A stretch of DNA of 63,252 nt, counting the filler, from Candidatus Rokuibacteriota bacterium (GTDB taxonomy: Bacteria > JAUVQV01 > DATDCY01): the NCBI GenBank assembly GCA_031406795.1. It is 9 parts of 9 records of this genome, joined end to end, with 100 filler letters (N's around TTAATTAATTAA, not from the genome) between each part and the next. Parts side by side here need not be neighbours in the genome. Positions count along the whole stretch, not along the records: positions 57,205 to 63,252 come from JANOHV010000148.1; 8 more parts are not named here. One strand, 5' to 3'. Below the pieces are notes generated by a model, which was not told the DNA's origin, did not search any database, and saw only the letters and a program-made list of their open reading frames with translations. The stretch's first letter is position 1. Every line of letters starts with the position of its first letter. A program made the translations under genes and the position numbers. Shown piece by piece: positions 57,205 to 63,252 of the stretch.

Positions 57205-60200
57205 GGTCGCACCTCAGGTGCGCTCTCCTCGACGGTTCCCAGCCAGACCATCCGCAGATCGAAAACAAAAATCATGATGTCGCAGATCTCCTGATAGATA
57301 TCCCGGAGATCCGTGATGAGGATCAGGGTGTTGGATGCCGTGTTCAGGGCGGCGAGCTCGCGACTGTAGCGTTCGAGGGCGGCCTCGTTTCTCTTGCGTT
57401 CGGAGATGTCTCTGACGACATGGATCAGGCCGACAACCTGGCTGTTGCTGTCCATGCGCGGTATGGCCCGGATTTCGAGATATCGGCCCAGGTGCGGTTC
57501 GAAGATTTCGTTCACGGAGGGCTTTCCCGTCACGAGACTCGCGCAGCTCGGGCAGCCTGCGGGTGGGCACTCCGTGCCGTGGAAATATTCGAAGCATTTG
57601 ATGCTCTTCACCTCAAGGAAAGGCAGCCCGAGGATCTTCTCCGCGGCCTTGTTGGCGCGGATGATGTTGAAATCCGCGTCGTGGACGGTCACCATGTCGG
57701 TGAGGGTGTCGAAGGTCTCCTTCCAATCATGCGATATCCGGAAGAGCTCTTCCTGGAGTTTCTTGCGTTCGGTGACGTCGCGGAAGATGACTTGGGCCGA
57801 GACGATCTTCCCGTCGACCCGGCGCACGCTGGCGCTGCCTTCGACATCGACGATCCTCCCGTTCCTGGCGACGAACTTCGCCTCGATAAAATCGAGCCTC
57901 ACTCCGGACAGGACTTTCGCAAACTGAGCCTTACAGGATTTCTGGCAGCTCGGATGAATTATGTCGAACATAAGAAGCGAGCGCAGGTCGCTTTCGCCGT
58001 AGCCCAGGGTCCTGCGCCAGGCGGCGTTGACGAAAAGGAAACGTCCGTCCGGCGCCACGCTCTGGATCATGTCGTTGGCATTGTCGAAGATATTCCGGTA
58101 ACGATCCTCGCTTGCCGCGATATCCTCTTCAGCGAGCTTCCGTGACGTAAGATCCTGAATGGTCTCGATGGATGCGACGACCTTGCCGGCGTTGTCGCGA
58201 ATGGGAGCGGCATCGAACACGATATAGCGGTTTTTGCCGTTCAGATGAGCGATCCATCGCTCGGCATGCAGCCCTTCCGGCACCAGCACGGAGCGTGAGG
58301 AAATGGGATAGAGTCGGGAGAGTTTCTCCGGGTTTCGGTCGAGCACCAGGTCGGCGAGGACCGGACGCGTTTCCTGGTAGAACGCTTTCCCCGGGTGAGC
58401 GGAGCCGATCATCTCCGGTGCAGGCACACCGGTCAGCTCCTCGCAGGCTCTGTTCCAGAGAACGACCTCGTGGCGGTCGTTGATGACGAAGGTGGCGACG
58501 CTGGAGCCCTGGATCAGCTGCTCCGTGAACGCCTTCTGATCCAGGATGGCATTCTCGGCCCGTTTCCGCGTACTGATGTCGCGTACGACACTGACAATGC
58601 CGAGCGTGTCGCCCTCATTGTTCAGGAGTGGCCTCAGGAGGTGCTCGGCCGGGAAAATCTTCCCATTCTTTCGTTGCATCGGGAATTCGAATTCGGCATG
58701 CCCCTTATCGGCGATCTCCGATACCACCTTCCCGCGGAACGCAGCGTACCTTTCGTCGTTTATAAAGAGCAGCCGCGTGTCCCGGCCGATCAATTCCTCG
58801 CGCGAGTAACCGAAGATCCTCTCTGTCGCCAGGTTGCAGTCCAGGATTTTCCGCGTCTTGAGGTCCGCGACGAGAACTGATTCGTCCAGACTGGCAAGCG
58901 TGTTTTCGTACAACAGGCGGGATCTGCGCAATTCCGCTTCCGTTCTCTTGCGCTCCGAGATATCCCGAACGATGCTGTAGAGCACTTTCCGGCCTTCGTG
59001 GTCGACAACGACGGAATTGATCTCCACCGGCATGATGGTGCCGTCTCTTCTGATATGCGCGGACTCAAAGACGGCCTTGCCGTGCTGGCGAATCTCCTCG
59101 ATCCGTTCCGGCACCCTGGCCGCGAATTCCGGCGAATCGAGCTCAGACACGTTTCGTGACAGCAGCTCTTCCTTCGAATAGCCGAGGCGCTCGTGAGCCA
59201 CCGTATTTACATCGAGGAAACACCCGTGCATGTCCAGGATGAAGATGGCGTCATTCGCGGCTTCAAAGAGCGTGCGAAATTTCTTTTCGGAGGCCAGCAG
59301 CACATCTGCGATCTTCTTCTTCCCGGTGATGTCCTGTCCTGTCCCGATCGCGCCGATCGGCTGCCCCGCCACGTCCAGGAGCGGCTCGACGGAGCCCCTC
59401 ACCCAACGCTCGGCACCATCGGGCCGGATGATACGGAACTCCAGGTTCTCCAGTCGCTTTCCCGCCGCCGTGACCCTGATCCAACCCGCTATCGCCTTGC
59501 GATCCTGTGGGTGTATCAGGTGCAGGTAGGATTCCATCGTCGGCACAAATGTCGCCGGAGACGTGCCGTAGATGCGGTGCATCTCCTCGGACCAGGAAAC
59601 GCCGCCCGTCGCGAAATTCGCCTCCCAACTCCCGATCTGTGCGATGCGCTGCGCTTCCGAGAGCATGTGCTCCTTGCGACGCAGGGCTTCCTCGACCTGG
59701 CGTCGCGCAGTGATATCCCGGGCGATCCCCGTAGTCCCGATGACGCTGCCCTGTTCATCGATGATCGGCGTCTTGATCGTTTCGATCCAGGAGGTTTTCC
59801 CCTCTTTGTCCGCAAGCGGTTCTTCGACGACCTTGCGCGTGCGGGAGCGCATCACGTCCGCGTCGTCTGCGCGGTACCTTTCGGCGAGCTCCCGTGGCCA
59901 GATGTCCAGATCGGTCTTGCCGACCAGATCGGCGGGGGAATGACCGCAGGCCCTGCCGAAAGGTTCGTTCACGGCCAGGATCCGGCTCTGATCGTCCTTG
60001 AGCCAGGCGATGTCGGGGATGTTGTCGAGAATCGCCCTTTGCTGGAGCGCCAGGTCGTGCAGGCCCCTCTCGACCCGCTCCTGCTGGGTGATGTCCGACA
60101 TGATGTGGACGGCCCCGATGAATTCGCCGTCATCGGCAAAAAGCGGATCCGCCGAGATTTTGTAGGTCAGCGATCCCGAGGTTAACGTGGTGACCGCCCG

Positions 60201-60809
60201 CTTGTGGGTGGTCATCACCTCCTTGATCGGGCAACCCGCGGCCGGGACCAGGGAGTCATACACCACCTCCTCGCAATGATGGCCGATGATGTCCTGGTAG
60301 CTTTTCTTCGCGAGGACCGTCAAGGCCTTGTTGCACCGGACAATCCTGCCGTTGCGGTCGATCCAGGCGATGCAGTCGTTCATGGCGTCGAACGCTTTGC
60401 GCCATTCGCGCGCAGCCGTATGGAAACTCTGCTCCAGGCGTTTGCGTTCCGTGACATCGTGTGCCAGCACCAGCTTGGCCCGAGTCCCGGCAAAGGTTAT
60501 CGTGTGCGTGATGATCTCGACATCGATGATGGTCCCGTCCTTCTTCCGGTGTTTCCAGGTCCCGGCCGCACCGTAGCCCTCGAGCTTCCGCGCTGTCCGT
60601 GCCAGCAGCGACGGAACCTCCTCCGGCGGTCGGATCTCCTTGATCGTCATGGCGAGGAATTCGCCGCGGGAATAGCCGTAATGGTGGACGGCGGCATCGT
60701 TGACTGCCAGGAAGGCCAGGGTCTCGAGATCGTAAACCCACATCGGCAGGGGATTGTTCTCAAACATCTCCCGCGGGGGGATGCCGGACGCGCTTGCCTG
60801 ACGGGTCAT
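57205..60809 (-). CDS. Multi-PAS sensor protein (about nine PAS domains, then a GAF; 3'-partial)
   Basis: Nine PAS units ending in D[IVL][TS] motifs; AGGAGG RBS. Confidence 0.9.
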
Positions 60810-60926
60810 GGTCCCTGCCTCCTTCCTGACCGATAGTATAGTGTTTCGAAAGCTGCAGGTGGATATTCGGAACGCCGGGGGGACGCTCGTGGCCTGCTCG
60901 CCCGGTACCCCGCGAGGGGGCCGCGA

Positions 60927-61289
60927 TCAGGGCAGCAGTTTCTGGACACTCCTCAGGAGAAAGGACAGGGGATTGGATTTCTCGACATAGTCGTCGGCGC
61001 CGACCTCGAAGCCGACGATGCGGTCGGACTGGGAGTCCCTGGCCGTCACCATGACGATCTTGATGTCCTTGGTCCTGGGGTTGCCCTTGAGTTTCCGGCA
61101 GATCGTCCGGCCGTCCAGCAGGGGCATCATGAGATCCAGCAGGAGCAGGTCGGGATGCTCCACCGTGGCGGCGATGAGCGCGTCCACCCCGTCGTAGGCG
61201 TGCGAGTACTCGTACTGGTCACCCAGGCAGTCCATGTAGACCTGGTGCGCCAGGTGGCTGTCGTCGGCGATGAGCAGCTTCTTCTTCAC
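60927..61289 (-). CDS. Single-domain response regulator
   Basis: LIADD, DLMMP.LDG, GADDYVEK. Confidence 0.9.
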   Translation of the reverse strand: MKKKLLIADDSHLAHQVYMDCLGDQYEYSHAYDGVDALIAATVEHPDLLLLDLMMPLLDGRTICRKLKGNPRTKDIKIVMVTARDSQSDRIVGFEVGADDYVEKSNPLSFLLRSVQKLLP

Positions 61290-61409
61290 GAGGTCTCCGT
61301 CCTGCGACTTCGGACGCCCAACAAGATCTCCACGATTCGGCTTCGGATACGGGACCGATTGTCCGACGCGGACGAAGGGTTGTCAATGCCTGCTCCTTTT
61401 CAGCAGCCG

Positions 61410-62576
61410 TCACGACGTGCGCAGGGCGTCGACGATGGCGAGGCGCGAGGCGCGTAGCGCCGGCAGCGCCCCGCCCGCCAGCCCCATCCCCAGCGCGAAG
61501 GCGAGAGACTTGGCGGCGATCGCGGTGGTGAGTTCGAAGCGGAAGGCCAGTTCCGAGAAAGTCTGCCAGTTCATCGTGGAGACGGTGGCGAACTGGAGAA
61601 ACGCGGCGCCCAACAGGCCGCAGACGCCGCCGAGCAGTCCGAGAAAGGCCGACTCGAGCAGAAACGCGGCGAGGATGCTCCCGCGCTGGAACCCGAGCGC
61701 GCGCAGGGTCCCGATCTCCGGCACCCGGTTGGCGACGGCCGCGTACATGGTGATCATCGCGCCGATGACCGCGCCGAAGGAGAAGATCGCCGCCAGCACC
61801 GAGCCGAAGACCCGCAGGAACGTGGCCATCGCCTCGGATTGGTCGGCGTAGAAGCGCCGCTCGCGCTTGGCCTCGAGCGCGAGCCGGGGGTCGCCCTCGA
61901 GGCGCTTCTTCAACCCCGCGAATTGCGCGGGGTCCCGCAGGCGCAGCAGAACGGAGGAGTAGATCGACCGGTTGAACGCCTGCATCAACTGGTCGACGTC
62001 CCCCCAGATCTCCGAGTCGAATCCCGTTCCCCCCGCGTCGAAGACCCCGACCACGGCCCACTCCCGCTGGGCGAAGCGCAGGCGCTCCCCGACGCCGGCG
62101 CCGCGGAAGCGTCGCGCGATGCTCGACCCGGCGGCGATTTCGGCGCTGCCGGGCCTCGGCAGGCGGCCGGCCGTGATGCGCACCTGCGGCCGCAGCGCCA
62201 GGCTCGCCGGGCCGATCCCGCGGATGGTGACGTTCGCCGGGCGCTCCCCGCGCCGCTGCACCAGGCTGATCAGCACCATGAGCTCCTTGGCGACGAGCCG
62301 CTCGCCCCCGGCGCCGACGGCGACTTCGGGCTGGCTCTCGACGATCGCCGCGGCCTCGCGCGCGACCGAGCTCTGGACCTCGGTCTGCGAGGACTTCCTG
62401 ATCAGCACCGCGTTGTCGTACGACCCGGTCTCGACGAGCGTGGCCCGCAGCCCGGCCGCGAGCATCTGCATGGCGGCGAACACGAAGACGACCATCGCCA
62501 TCCCGGCGGCGGTCAGGACGGTGGTCAGCCGCCGTGTCCAGAGGTTGCGCAGCGAGTACGAGTACGGAATCGCCAT
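61410..62576 (-). CDS. ABC transporter permease (MacB/FtsX family)
   Basis: SLRNL.TR, EIGTLRALGF, LPA.RASR. Confidence 0.92.
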   Translation of the reverse strand: MAIPYSYSLRNLWTRRLTTVLTAAGMAMVVFVFAAMQMLAAGLRATLVETGSYDNAVLIRKSSQTEVQSSVAREAAAIVESQPEVAVGAGGERLVAKELMVLISLVQRRGERPANVTIRGIGPASLALRPQVRITAGRLPRPGSAEIAAGSSIARRFRGAGVGERLRFAQREWAVVGVFDAGGTGFDSEIWGDVDQLMQAFNRSIYSSVLLRLRDPAQFAGLKKRLEGDPRLALEAKRERRFYADQSEAMATFLRVFGSVLAAIFSFGAVIGAMITMYAAVANRVPEIGTLRALGFQRGSILAAFLLESAFLGLLGGVCGLLGAAFLQFATVSTMNWQTFSELAFRFELTTAIAAKSLAFALGMGLAGGALPALRASRLAIVDALRTS

Positions 62577-62585
62577 CGCTGCCTG

Positions 62586-63252
62586 CTACCCGAGGTGGCG
62601 GAAGCCTTCGACGACATTCACGCGGGCGGCTCGCCAGGTCGGCACGACGCTGGCCGCGACGCCCACGACAAGGATCGCGGCGGCATCCATCAGCAGGGTG
62701 TCCCCCGAGACCTGGAAGACCGGGAAGAACTGGCCGAGCTGCGACTCGAAGTAGCGCGCCGCGGGAAAGGTCAGCGCCATGCCGAGCGCGCCGCCGGCCG
62801 CGGTCAGCGTCAGCGACTCGCCCCAGACCAGCACGCCGATGCGAAAGCCGTCGAATCCCAGCGCCTTGAAGGTCGCATACTCGCTCATCCGCTCGCGCGC
62901 TGTCATCGCCATCGTGTTGGCGGCCACGACCATGATGATGGCGATGACGGCGAGCGAGACGAGACGGATCATCGTGATGATCGCCTGGGTCATGCTGATG
63001 AAGCTGAGGTTGAAGGCCTTCTCCGTCTCGGTCAGCGTCTCGGCGAGCGAGTTCTTGAACAGGCCGTCGATCGCGGCCGAAACTTCCGCCGCGCGGTCGG
63101 GGTCCTGCACCCCCACGAGGTACCAGCCCACGCTGTCGGCGGCCCCGGGCATCAGGCGCTTGACGCCCTCGTTCAGGTAGTCCCAGTGGAAGAGCAGCGG
63201 CGATTCGTCGGCCGTCTTGTCGCGCCCCCGGAAGATGCCGCGGATCGTCATC
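62586..63252 (-). CDS. ABC transporter permease (5'-partial)
   Basis: ANTMAM..RER..EYA..KALGF. Confidence 0.9.
   Translation of the reverse strand, partial: MTIRGIFRGRDKTADESPLLFHWDYLNEGVKRLMPGAADSVGWYLVGVQDPDRAAEVSAAIDGLFKNSLAETLTETEKAFNLSFISMTQAIITMIRLVSLAVIAIIMVVAANTMAMTARERMSEYATFKALGFDGFRIGVLVWGESLTLTAAGGALGMALTFPAARYFESQLGQFFPVFQVSGDTLLMDAAAILVVGVAASVVPTWRAARVNVVEGFRHLG

Overview
This is a GC-rich bacterial sequence; gene content suggests an anaerobic Desulfobacterota/deltaproteobacterial-like genome (inference). The window is not contiguous: nine contigs are joined by eight artificial 100-nt N-TTAATTAATTAA-N spacers. Contig A (1-14740) holds housekeeping and redox genes, an unannotated rubredoxin, and NrpR divergent from a glutamate-synthase-family gene, with repeated GGCA-N4/6-TGCC candidate operators between them. 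Contig B (14841-29852) has an NtrC-type regulator, three phased enhancer sites and a sigma54 promoter ahead of a KamA-GNAT-2x ATP-grasp operon, plus a V4R-GAF-HD-GYP/acyltransferase/enolase operon. Contigs C (29953-33686) and G (45255-50106) share an exact 141-bp terminal overlap and probably form one locus. That locus is an array of toxin-antitoxin/nucleotidyltransferase cassettes and fragments of nucleotide-sugar genes (fcl, wbpP). It is repeatedly punctuated by a sigma70 promoter plus a conserved ~65-70 nt hairpin leader ending in an ops-like GGCGGTAGCTTG next to a start codon, and it is the most novel-looking signal. Contig D encodes a large multicopper oxidase with FN3, cadherin and FG-GAP modules. 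Contig E has a TonB receptor, an unannotated 30-aa Cys-Cys peptide and a radical SAM maturase (candidate RiPP). Contig F has type IV pilus/T2SS genes. Contig H has recD2, a WYL regulator, a cas4 remnant and a second decaying TA cluster. Contig I has a nine-PAS sensor and ABC permeases. No rRNA, tRNA, CRISPR array, transposase or integrase was found. Family assignments come from motif recognition, not database searches.
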